64,000 nt of DNA from Mobula hypostoma (taxonomy: Eukaryota). Positions 10,308 to 21,276 of the stretch are shown piece by piece (the first letter of the stretch is position 1; each line of letters opens with the position of its first letter). The notes under the pieces are model-generated. The model was not told the DNA's origin. It ran no database searches and saw nothing but the letters and a program-made list of their open reading frames with translations. The stretch lies in NCBI RefSeq assembly GCF_963921235.1, contig NC_086097.1, forward strand, positions 55,802,001 to 55,866,000, in the 5' to 3' direction. The position numbers and the translations under genes were made by a program.

Positions 10308-12152
10308 CAGTAGATTCTGGTTGATAAGGACACATTGGGACCAGTACATTTTACCCCAATTAAGTGGCTGCCCCAATTAGCTGAAGTTTCATGGATACAG
10401 TTATATAAAAAAAAAGACAAACTGAGAAACAAATTATACATGTAAATGAAATACAAAACAAATTAGAACACTACTACAGTACTATAAAACTGTATTAGTC
10501 TCTAATAGTTATTGATGAAGGAATTCATCCAGAGTATGCTGCCATGTTCTTTAGATTGATTGTAAATGAGCAAAATCAGTGCAGACAGCTAGTGTGATAT
10601 GAACTGCCTTCATACAATGCTTTCGACAATTGCATCCTCCAAATCTTCACTTCCACTGTGACTTTCAACATGATTGCTGATACCCTCAAGTACTTTGTAG
10701 TTCCTAACATGCTGAAGTAGTGAAATGGTTTTATTTTCACTCCCAGCCATTTGTGGCATCTCCAAGCTGGAATGCTTGAAACTACAGTGAGCCAAACAAT
10801 TCTGAATTGTCTTACTGTTTATTTCCAACCAGCTATCAGTGACAAAATCACTCTTTTCTGATACAAGCACATGCAACTGATGTTATTTAAAAACTGTTCG
10901 CTCTAAGAATGAGGTAATGTCTAACAGCTACATCAATGCAAGCGACTGACATTAGCTAGAAACTGTTCAGCAACCATCTCCTGTCCAATTAAGTGGCATA
11001 ATGTCCCAAATAAGTGAAGGGAATTGTAGAGTCATAGAGAAGTACAGCACAGAAACAGTCCTTTGGCCCATCTAGTCCATTTAAACAGCCTACTCTTAAC
11101 AACCTGCACCAGCATCGTAGCCCTCCGTATCTCTACTATCCATATACTGTACCTATCCAAATTTCTCTTATACATTGAAACTGAGCTTGCATGAACCACT
11201 TGTGCTGGTTGCTCATTCCACACTCTCATGACCCTCTGAATGAAGAAGTTTCTCCTCATGTTTCCCTAAAACTTCTCACCTTTCACCCTTAAACCATGAC
11301 CTCTGGTTGTAGTCCCGCCCTACCTCAATTGAAAAAGCCTACTTGCGTTTATCCTGTCTATATCCATCATAATTTTGAATAACTCTATCAAATCTCCTCT
11401 CCATATTCTATATTTTAAAAAATACAGCCCTAATCTATTCAATCTTTCCTTGTAACTCAGGTCCTTCAGACCTGGCAATATCCTTGTAAGTTTTCTCTGT
11501 ACTCTTTCAACCTTATTTACAGTACATCTTTCCTGTAGGTAGGTGACCAAAACTACACACAATGCTCCAAATTAGGCCTAACCAATGTCTATACAACTTC
11601 AACAAAACATCCCATCTTCTGAATTCAATACATTGATTTATGTAGGCCAATGGGCCAAAAATCTTTCTTTATGGCCCTATCTACCTGTGACACCACTTTC
11701 AAAGAATTATGCACCTGTATTTCCAGATACCTTAGTTCTACCACACTCCTCAGTGCCCTACCGTTCACTGTGTAAGACCTACCCTGGCTGGTCCCACCAA
11801 AGTGCACAACTTCACACTTGTCTGCATTAAATTTTATCTGCCATTTTTCAGCCCATTTTTCCAACTGATGCAGATCCCTCTGCAAGCCATGATATCCTTC
11901 CTCACTGTCCACTACACCCCCAATCTTGGTGTCATCCACAAATTTGCTGATCCAGTTAACCACATTATGATCCAGATCATTAATATAGATGATAAACAAA
12001 AAAGGAACCCAGCACCGATCCCTGCGGCACACCACTAGTCACAGTCACCACTAATCCTGGTAATTGTCTCAATTAGTTTTTCTTCTTGAAGAGTTGTCCC
12101 AAATAAGCGGTTGCCGGGGTTAGCTGATGGCCCAATTAACTGGAATCCACTG
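10308..12152 (-). mobile_element. pogo/Tigger-like non-autonomous DNA transposon, split by a CR1
   Basis: Ends cagtagattctggtt / aattaactggaatccactg with TA on the left. ORF 10610-10876 DSWLEINSKTIQNCLAHCSF is the pogo-type DDE C-terminal motif. Reverse copy of 60531-61303. Confidence 0.85.
11028..12045 (-). mobile_element. CR1 LINE 3' ~1 kb
   Basis: FLFIIYINDLD...ISKFVDDTKIGGVVDS...WQIKFNADKCEVVHFG, ERVQRKLTRILPG, RNFFIQRV. Confidence 0.93.
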
Positions 12153-12256
12153 TGTTCTTATTGTAATTCATAGTATTTTATGTGCTGCGCTGTACTGCTG
12201 CTACAGAACAACAATTCTGCATACTTCAGTGTTAATAAACCTGATTATGATTCTGA
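12153..12256 (+). mobile_element. Rex1/Babar 3' UTR tail
   Basis: Resumes right after the Tigger TIR and ends aataaacctgattatgattctga. Confidence 0.7.
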
Positions 12257-13600
12257 TCTTCTGAATTACTCCCAGAAACTCCTGCCATTGCTGCTCTGTT
12301 GTCATACATGCTAGGGTCTCCTTCCAATCAACTTTGATCACCTCCTCTCTCATGTCTCAGTAATCACCTTTAGAGTCATTGAGTCATAAATCACAACAGT
12401 ACAGAAATGGGCCCTTTGGCACATCTAGTCTGTGCCAAACTGTTATTCTGTCATGTCCCATTGATCCACACCTGGACCATAAACCTCCATACGCCTTTCA
12501 TCCATGGGTTTATCCAAACTTCTATTAAAGTTTGCAATCAAACTTGTATTCATCAGTTCAGCTGTCAGCTCATTTCATAGTTGCACCACCCTCTGAGTGA
12601 AGATGTCACACCTCAGGTTCTCCTTAAATATCTCACCTTTCACCCTTAACCTGTTACCTCTAGTTCTGGTCTCACCTAACCTCAGTGGAAAAAGGCCTGC
12701 TTGCATTTATCCTATCTACACCCCTCATAATAATGTATATTTCTATCAAATCTTCCGTCATTCTTCTAAGCTCCTGGGAACCTTTCCTTATAACTCAGGT
12801 CCTCAAATCCCAGCAAATTCCTTGTAGATGTTCTCCTTACCCTTTCAATCATATTGATATCTTTCCTGTATGTTGGTGACTAGAAATGCACATAGTACTC
12901 CAAATGTGTCCTCATCAGTGTCATGTCAACATAATATCCCAACTCCTGAGTACTCTGATTTATGTAGGTCTATGTGCCAAAAGCTCTCTTTATGACCCTA
13001 TCTGCGATGCCACTTTCAAGGAATTATAGATCTGTATTCCGATATCCTTTTGTTCTACAGTTTTTTACTCAACAGTAATGCTGATCCACCCAATTTTAGC
13101 TTCTCCCTCTCAAAATGCAGGATGAATTCTATCATATTATAATCACTTGTCCCTCCGCGTTTCTTTACCTCAAGCTCACTAATCAAATCTGGTTCATTAC
13201 ACAAAGTCAGTCCAGAATTGCCTTTCCCTAAGTGGGCTCAACCACAAGCTGCTCTAAAAAGCTATTTTGTAGGCATTCTACGAATTTTTTCGCTTGGGAT
13301 CCAACACAACCAGATTTTCCCAATCTACCTGCATATTGAAATCTTCCATGACTATCATAACATCGCCCTTTTTACATGTCTTCTCTATTTCCCATCGCAA
13401 TTTGTACCCCGTATCCTGGCTACTGTTCAGAAACCTGTATATAACTCCCACCAGGGTCCTTTTCTCCTTTGCAGTTTCTCTACGCACAGGGTTTCTATTA
13501 TCTTCCAATCCCATATCACCTCTTTCTAGAGATTTGATTTCATTTTTTACCAATAGAGCCACCCCACCCCCTCTGACTATCTGTCTTTTCGATAGGCATA
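12257..13600 (-). mobile_element. CR1 endonuclease region, split by another CR1 3' fragment at 12373-13058
   Basis: ORF 13278-13562 MALLVKNEIKSLER...VGVIYR...VMEDFNMQVDWEN. The inner fragment carries a gagtcattgagtcat tail. Confidence 0.85.
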
Positions 13601-13689
13601 GAAGGCAGTGAAGAAAGTGTTGGTAAATGGGATTAAGAGAGATGAATACATACTGTTGGCGTGAAGATTATGGTGATCAACAGGAACAT

Positions 13690-14100
13690 GGTGGACCTCT
13701 GTACTGTATGATTCTGTGACTGGAATTATATTATTATCACATAGAATCTTGATTAGATTCCACTTGGAATCTTGATTTTGGAGAAGTTTGGATGCCATGT
13801 GATAAGAAGAATAAAAAGGCATCCCAAAAGGATTTACTGGGACTTACTGAGAGAATATATCTTACAGGAAGTATAGAAAACTTGTTCTATACTCTAAAGA
13901 AGAGAAGACTGTTGGATGTTTCAATAATAATCTGATACGTTAATATAGATTCTTTGATATACTAGATGTAGAAATGGTTCCATTATTGAGGGAATCGGAA
14001 TGAGAAATCATAAATGTAAGACAGTGATAAATCAGTAAGTGCAGGGGATACCTCTTTACTGATGGAATGGTTAGAGGTTGGTTCTCACTGTCACACTCAT
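13690..14100 (+). mobile_element. Old, heavily decayed CR1 3' fragment
   Basis: Residual tatactctaaagaagagaagact and ctttactgatggaatggttagaggttggttctcactg resemble CR1 YSLEKRRL and FTQRVVRxWNSL coding. Confidence 0.55.
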
Positions 14101-14254
14101 TAGTTAAGTTGTCCAGAAAGCTGGGTGCAAAACATGGAAGGGCAATACAAAGGTATTAAAAATTGGCTGTCCACGGAAGAGCAGAGATTGCTATATGAGC
14201 ATAAACCACAGTTGCAAATTTCCACTGATGCACAGTATTGTGTGAAAGTCTCAG

Positions 14255-14255
<1 letters not shown>

Positions 14256-14291
<36 letters not shown>
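14256..14291. repeat. (CA)18 microsatellite
   Basis: Perfect CA run. Confidence 0.95.
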
Positions 14292-14297
<6 letters not shown>

Positions 14298-14772
14298 GAG
14301 CTAGAGTAGCTAAGTACAGTACTGTATTGTCAATGTGGAGTTGAGAGCGAGTTTGTAAATCTGGCGGGAGCAAAGGGTATTGAGAATGGCCGGGGTAGAG
14401 TGCAGTGGGAGGAGTGTTGGACCGAAGGCATTGGAGGAGTGCCGGGGTGGGGGGTGGGGTTGGTGCGGGTGCAGACATGCACAGCCCTGAGAAACCAGGC
14501 AAGGTCATTTGATTTCAAACAATTGGTTTATTGGTGATTACAGAGTGTCTGTCTCTCTGGACTTTCCCTCTCCCTTCCCCTTTTCACAACCATTATTCCC
14601 CTCTCTCTGCCCCCTTCCCACTCTCAGTCCACAATACAGTCCCATAACAGAATCAGATTTATCATCACTCATATCTGTCATGAAATGTAGTTCTTTTGTG
14701 GCAGCAGTACAGTGCAATACATAAAATTACTACAATACTGTGCAAAAGTCTTAGGCACCCTATCTATATATG

Positions 14773-15400
14773 AACACGAGATATTCTGCAGATGCTGGAA
14801 ATCGAAAGCATCACACACAAAATGCTGAGGAAATCAGCAAGACAGACCGCATCTATGGAAATGAATACACAGTTGCTGTTTCGGGCTGAGAAGGAAGGGG
14901 GATGATGCCGGAATAAAAAGGTGGGAGGAGGGAAGGAGGACAGCTGGAAGGTGATAGGTGGGTAGGAAAGGTAAATGGCTGGAGAGGAAGGAATCTGGTA
15001 GGACAGAAGAGTGGACCATAGGACAAAGGGAAGGAGGAGAGAACCAAGGTAGAGGTGAGAATCAGGTGAGAAGAGGAAAGAGCCCAGAGTGGGGAATAAA
15101 AGAATAGAGGAGGAGGAAGGAAATTTTTCTGTACTGGAAGGAGAAATGGATATTCATGCCATCAGGCTGGAGGCTACCCAGGTGGAATATAGGGTGTTGT
15201 TCTTCCATTCTGAAGGTGGCCTCATTGTGGCACAAGAGGAGGCCATGGACCAACATGTCGGAATGGGAAATGGAATTAAAATGTTGGGCCACTGGGGAGT
15301 TTTGCTTTTGGCAGATGGAGTGGAGATGTTCGATGAAGCAGTCCCCCAGTTTACGACGGGTCTCACAAATGTGGAGGAGGCTACGACAGGTCGCACCAAT
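14773..15400 (-). mobile_element. Penelope-like element 3' part (GIY-YIG endonuclease plus pLTR)
   Basis: ORF 15062-15409 LLHICETRRKLGDCFIEHL...PVAQHFN...EEQHPIFHLGSLQPDGMN. tatatg flanks both sides. Confidence 0.9.
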
Positions 15401-15434
15401 TATATGCACCTAAGACTTTTGCACAGTACTCTAT

Positions 15435-15637
15435 GCCAGCGAGCATTCTGACTGGTCACATCACTGCTTGCTATGAAGGCTCCACAAGATCAAAATATCC
15501 TGCAATGGGTTATAGATCAACCAGCACAATCGGGGGCACAACCCCAGGAACCCATGAACACTACCTTATTGTTCCTCTTCTGTATTATTCATTTATTTTG
15601 TAACTCATCGTAATTTTATGTCTCACACTGCAAAACA
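15435..15637 (+). mobile_element. Rex1/Babar fragment with internal deletion
   Basis: gagcattctgactggtcacatcactgcttgctatg (SILTGxITxWY-like), followed by ccatgaacactacct 3' UTR. Confidence 0.7.
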
Positions 15638-15841
15638 ACTGTTGAGGCCAGTTCATTGGCTATGTTTAAGAGGGAGTTAGATATGGCCCTTGTGGCTACA
15701 GGGGTCAGGGGTATGGAGGGAAGGCTGGGGCGGGGTTCTGAGTTGGATGATCAGCCATGATCATAATAAATGGCGGTGCAGGCTCGAAGGGCCAAATGGC
15801 CTACTCCTGCACCTATTTTCTATGTTTCTATGTTTCTATAT
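15638..15841 (+). mobile_element. Young CR1 3' end
   Basis: Near-identical to the reverse complement of 39441-39635, with a (ttctatgt)n tail. Confidence 0.92.
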
Positions 15842-16429
15842 CATACATAAAAGCAACGACCTTGCACAAATACAGCTTTAAAAATGCCATACTGAAAAGC
15901 AAAGAACCGTAGCTGCTGGAAATCTGGAAACAGAAAATGTCAAAACTACTCAGCAGGTCAGCCAGCATCTGTGAAGAGAGAAACAAAGTTAACTTTTCAG
16001 ATCAATGACATTTCGGTGGAGCCGAAATCCAAATCTAAATGTGGCAAGAGGGAGAAATAGAAGAAGGGACAGATTGATGAGTGGAAATAAATGGTTTTGG
16101 TTTTACAGATCTTATGAAACACAAAATGTCAATTATGAGTTGCACAATAATGAGTCGCATACTCAGCCTGGGAGAATAAAGGTTGAGGAATCTAGTGAGT
16201 GGTTGCAGATTTATTGTTGAATAGAGCAATTTCAATCATCTGGTGTTAAATTGGAAAAAATTCTTACCCATTCATAATTTGAGGTCATATTTAATGTTGT
16301 ATAATTCTTAAGCAGCTTGTGTGCAAATGAAACTCTGTCAAAGTCGAGATTTTTCAACATTGCTGATATTGGATTATTTGAATGCTAACATAACACAGGA
16401 CCAAATATCAGTAATACACTAAGAAGCAT

Positions 16430-17700
16430 AAACTTTTATTTCATTCTCCCCCCAGTAGAAATCAGTGCTGGAGTGTAATGGGTTGATTTCTTAAATATCC
16501 GGCTTATTCCAAGGTGACTTCTCATTAAACTAAAGGCTGCCCCTGCAGCAGTGCACTTACAAGGTGCTGTATTTTGGTCGATTTTAATCCTATTCAAAAA
16601 TCTACCAGGGCTATTGGAAAACAATTTTATTCTAAAAGATGGCCCGCTACAAAGCAAGTTTTCATTTTTTTAATATGGAAGGCGGCAATTCTGTTTATCT
16701 GGTGTCTTTCAACAAGTTTAATTCTGTTTGTAGATTAGCGCTGGAAGTGGCATTTCCACTCAGCGGCAGAGCGGCCATTAGCAGACAAGACCGTTATTGT
16801 TTACCGGCTTTGGTCCCATTCCCCTCCTCTACCCCCCCGTACAAAGCCCTTGGTGGCATTCTTCACATCTGATATCACAACACTTTCTGTGTGCTGGTTA
16901 TCTGACAGGATTTACTGTGAGATCATCTGAGGTGTGTGGAACGGCGAGAAAAAAGAAAACGCTGTTTTGAGACGGCGGTCAAGGAGATCTGCGGCGATCG
17001 GGTGACCGCTGGCTTTTTCCAAGCCGTGTAACCGAAGATCATTAGAGAGCATCAAAGGAAATTAATTGGGAGGGAAATGGAAAGCGCTGCTTACATGACT
17101 TACCTTCACACTGATAGCACTGTGAGACCATTGACGGCCGGTCTGTTAGCTTTCCAGTGCGATTTTCGATGCCAGCATTTGCTATGTATCCAGGGGTAGA
17201 TTTTTCTGCAAGATTGAGAGGGAGAGCGCCGGCCTTTCTCCTCTGACACAAAACTCTGCAGCAAAATGATGGCCTAGAGTGGCAAACGGACTTGTAGCAG
17301 TATTGTTTGTCGCCATCGGGTGTACTTCATTAGGTGCGTTCTGCTGCCTTGCGTGCTTGTGTTTGTTTGTGCAGCCAACACATTAAATCCGTTGTGGAAT
17401 GTGGGAGTTTTGTTTGGGGTCAATCTGTGAGTGTGCTTTCGCTCTCCCTCTGGTTGTGAGGCCATGGAATAAAAAGGCCTGGAGCGTCTACTGAAAGCCC
17501 ACCACGGTTTTCCCGAAGCCCTACAGCCATTAAATAAATACATTACAGTGCATCTGATGGAGCTGCCAGCGTTCTAAGCTCCAGAATGCCCTCTCTCTGC
17601 CATTACTAAACAAACTTCAAAGATCATCTTTCTCCCAAGTAACTCCTTGTGGGCGACTGTCATTATCTGCAATATTGTGTTACTTTCAGAATACAACATA
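16430..17700. promoter_or_regulatory. Putative conserved non-coding/enhancer block
   Basis: No recognisable TE, many retained CpGs in a CpG-poor window, TAAT/ATTA clusters and a TCF/LEF-type ATCAAAG at 17051. Function inferred from composition only. Confidence 0.45.
17104..17205 (-). other. Candidate 102-nt cassette exon (phase 1-1), host gene unidentified
   Basis: ctccctctcaatcttgcAG acceptor and GAAG|GTAAGT donor. Only one frame is open: KSTPGYIANAGIENRTGKLTDRPSMVSQCYQCE. Confidence 0.3.
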
Positions 17701-17939
17701 AATACAAGTACTTTCAATCGAAATAGATGATGCAAGAAATTAGGAAAATGTCAATTCCTTTCTCAGAATATATAATGATTCAATTTTATAATTACTAATC
17801 AGAAAACTTGGGAGAGTGATACCATATTTCATCGTCCGGTTTTCATGACAAAATGTGCAGGATCGGTGTGCTAAAGTTTAAGAGCTGGTTGGAGGCAGAG
17901 TCGTGCACACAATCCGTTCAGAAACAATGGTGCAAAATG

Positions 17940-18050
17940 GACACACGAAAGACTGCAGCTTCTCGAATCTGGATGAACTCAGAAGGTCAGGCAGCGTCCA
18001 TGGAGGGAAAAGGACAGTTGATGTTTTAGCCTCAACCCTTCGTCTGGATT
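17940..18050 (-). mobile_element. Penelope-derived pLTR fragment
   Basis: gaactcagaaggtcaggcagcgtccatggaggg...acccttcgtctgga, same family as 34041-34171. A related fragment lies at ~15905-16005. Confidence 0.7.
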
Positions 18051-18171
18051 CTTCCAGACAATGCTGCCAGGTTCGACGTTACAGCACCCTTGACAATTTC
18101 CAAATTTTGGACAAGATCATGTTTGGCATCAACACTACCCAAGATCCAGGATGTCCTGTTGTTCTCTTAGC

Positions 18172-18482
18172 CGGAGACTTTTCTCCAGGCTGGAAATGGC
18201 TAATACATGGGCATAATTTTACAGTGATTGGAGGAAATTATAGGAGGGATGTTAGAGGTAAGTTTTTATACCCAGTGGTGGGTGTGTGAACACCCAGCCA
18301 AGGGTGGTCGAGGCAAACATATTAAAGACATTTAAGAAACTCTTGGATAGGCACAAGGATGATAGAACAATGGAAGGCCATGTAGGAGGGAAGGATTAGA
18401 TTGATCTTAGAGTAGGTTAAAAAGTCAGCACAACATCATGGGCCAAAGGGCCTGTACTGTGCTATAATATTCTATGTTCTGT
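18172..18482 (+). mobile_element. CR1 3' end
   Basis: GHNFTVIGGNYRRDVRGKF, then gggccaaagggcctgtactgtgct and a ttctatgttct tail. Confidence 0.88.
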
Positions 18483-18521
18483 GTATTTAACATTTTAGTG
18501 ATGTAAGAAAGACTTAAAGAG

Positions 18522-18750
18522 ATGGCACAGTGGTGCAGCAGTTAGTGCTGTTGCTTACAACTTCATAAACCTGGATTAAATCCTGATCATTAAGTGCTGT
18601 CCATGTGGAGTTTGCATGCTCCCCAGGTACCACACTTCTTTCCCATGTATGTTAACTGACAACTGTAGAATGTGAGGAGAGGTGGGATTGGTATAGATGA
18701 GTGCTTAATTGTGGATGCAAATATGGTGGGCCAAAGGGTCTGTGTTGTAT
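18522..18750 (+). mobile_element. V-SINE with CR1-like tail, decayed
   Basis: ggcacagtggtgcagcagttag head, tgtggagtttgcatgctcccc V-domain, gggccaaagggtctgt tail. Confidence 0.7.
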
Positions 18751-19299
18751 AACTTGTTTGCTTCAACAGCACATGATTGGAGAGTTTGATGTGAAGAAGC
18801 AGTCGAAAATCTCAGCAGCTAATTCAAAATAATAGACAAGGAATTGCATTGCTTGGCCTTATTTACCTCAATGTTACCCAGATGAAGATACTCTTTTCCC
18901 AGAGTGCAGGAAGGCCAGGATCTATGACATGCAGTGAATTTTTAGCACTGTCAAAGGCACCCATGGCCCATAAAACCAAGGGCCCAGCCTCACTGAGAGA
19001 CAAGAATGGACACAAAGCACAGAGAAACAACCAGGGTCCACGGGGAAAAAAGTTTCAAAGTATTTCTCAAGCATGACTCAGTGATTGATACCATTTCACA
19101 GCAAACTATTCTGTCCAGCCTTGCCAACATTCCTGATTGACAAGGCTATATGTCAGCTGTAATCAACAAGATCTCAGAAACAGAAATTGTAAAACTTGGG
19201 ATCTCTACCAGGGTAGGTTTGATGGCCAGGACCAAGGGGGTTTTGGGTGGGAAACTTGAGCAGAGAGGAACTTAAGTCATAAGTTCAGAGTATCATCCC

Positions 19300-19900
19300 A
19301 TTACCTACAAAGAGGAGGTCATACAGGACTACTACCATCAATGTCGCCATCTTCAAGAAAGAGACCAATCTACCTGTATTATCTGCAGAGATGTCTTCTT
19401 GCCATCTTGTCAATCATCACTGGGACACCCACAACTAACCCTTTCCAATGACCAAAGAGCAGCTCCCCAGTTCACAACGTGAATCCCTTCCATCTAGAAC
19501 ACAATGAGCATAATCCTCACTGTGCAGCAACATCAAAATCACTATACAAGGAGTTTCATGTCCTCACAAAAGCCTTTGCCATCAGTCTCAAACATGGGGA
19601 CAATTAGAAATGTGTCTCCATTGTATATTTGCCTTGTGATAGTAAGCAAGCTGTAGTCTTGGACAATTTCATGATATCAAATCCACCACCAACCTCAGGG
19701 CAGACTGGGTCATGGAAAGTCATATCATCACTCTGAATACTTCTTCCCAACTTTGTCATCACCAACAAGCTTCCCACTAAAGTGTAACTATATGTGAAAC
19801 TGTTCAACCTATGGAAGCTCAGCTCCAGAACCAAGATCATCACAACTTCACTCGTTGAGCTGCAGGACATGGATGGTGCCTGTGCATATGTACATTAACA
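19300..19900 (+). mobile_element. Ancient RTE LINE RT fragment
   Basis: Frameshifted remnants resembling IFKKGD, LPxSQxxFxPSR, IxTVQQHQ and LTKAF of RTE RT. Confidence 0.55.
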
Positions 19901-19914
19901 AGCTGAGATCCACT

Positions 19915-20400
19915 TCAACGTCAAAATCAAGTATTTTGTCATACGCACATTGTATATGCATGCACAGGCACAATGAAAAACTTATTTGTAGCAGTATCAC
20001 AGACACACAGCACCAGGTAAGCAACATTCACAAGAAAAAGCATGAACAGCAGTGAAGTGCCATGTGCTCATAGCCTTGCCACACAGAGGTAGTGATTAGT
20101 GTTGCGTTGGTCGTTTCAAAACCCAAATGTTTGAAGGGAAGTAGCTGTTCTTGAATTTAGTGGCATGGGAATTCAGGCTTCTGTACCTCCTTTCCAATGG
20201 TAGCTGTGAGAAAATGGCATGACTTGATGGTGGGGATCTTTGATGATAGATGTTGCCTTCTCTGGCAGTGTAGACACTACTGATTGTGGGGAGGGATGTG
20301 CCCAGGGTGTACTGGGCTGAGTCCACTAGTATCTGCAGCTTCTTATTTTCCTGAGCATGTGCATAGTCAAAATTAATGTGCATATTCACAGATTGATTCA
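19915..20400 (-). mobile_element. Rex1/Babar 3' fragments
   Basis: ORF 20096-20401 KKLQILVDSAQYTLGTSLPTISSVY...LPLERRYRSLNSHATKFKNSYFP. Confidence 0.8.
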
Positions 20401-20599
20401 TCTCTGTTGATGTGTGTGCCCAATGTTAACCCTCACTATAAAAGAATGGTTATCAATGTGCACATATCCAGGAGTCAATGGCTGAGGTCAACGTAAATTC
20501 CATGAACTCTAGGCAGCTTTCGCAGACTCTTAAAGGGGACTGGAAGCACCGATTTCTATTGAATGTTGGCTTGAGAATTATAAATAACAATTAATCTGT

Positions 20600-21240
20600 G
20601 AGTATAAGACTGGAGCAATCTAGAGGTATATGTGCTTAAATCATTGAAAGTGTTGAGAAAGTGCTTCATAAAACATATAGGATACTAGGATTCATAAAAT
20701 ATAACAGAAGGAAGGCTTATGCTGAGTCTTTATCAAACACCAGATAGGCTATTTGGAGTATTGTTCACTATTCTGATCACCTTTTAAGAAGGATGCAGAG
20801 AGTGCAGACAGAATACAGATAAATATTACTGGAATCATTCCAGGGTTGAGGGATTTCATCCATAACGTTAGACTAGAGAAGTTGTGCTTATACTCCTTTG
20901 TGCAAAGAAGATAAGAAATATTATAGAGGTGTACAAAATCTTGATGGAGAAAATAGCAAAAAGCTGTTCCCACTCGCTGAAATTTCAAGGATCGTGTGGC
21001 AAAATATGCAAGTGGATACACGGAAAATATTTTTTTAATATGGACAATAATAACAACCAGGAACTCACTGCCTGGGAGTGTGGCAACAGTGTGTTTTCAA
21101 GATGTAATCACAAGATAATAATTTGCAGAGCTTTGTAGGAAGATCGTGGAATGGAAATGACAGGAGTTTTCTGTAAGAAACCAGCACAAATTCAATGGGC
21201 TGACTGGTCTTCTTCTAAGCCATAAATGATTCTATGACTA
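20600..21240 (+). mobile_element. Old CR1 3' fragment
   Basis: atttggagtattgttcactattctgatcacc (LEYCxxFWSP-like) and IIEVYKIL. Confidence 0.7.
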
Positions 21241-21276
21241 ACGACTATTCTAAGTAATACAAGTGGGCAATTTTTC

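Larger units (their letters stand above)
14233..15431. mobile_element. Tc1/mariner-type MITE with repeated TIR units (cagtactgtgcaaaagtcttaggca)
   Basis: TIR-like motif at 14233 and ~14732, inverted at ~15408-15431. Holds a (CA)n run and a Penelope insertion. Confidence 0.65.
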
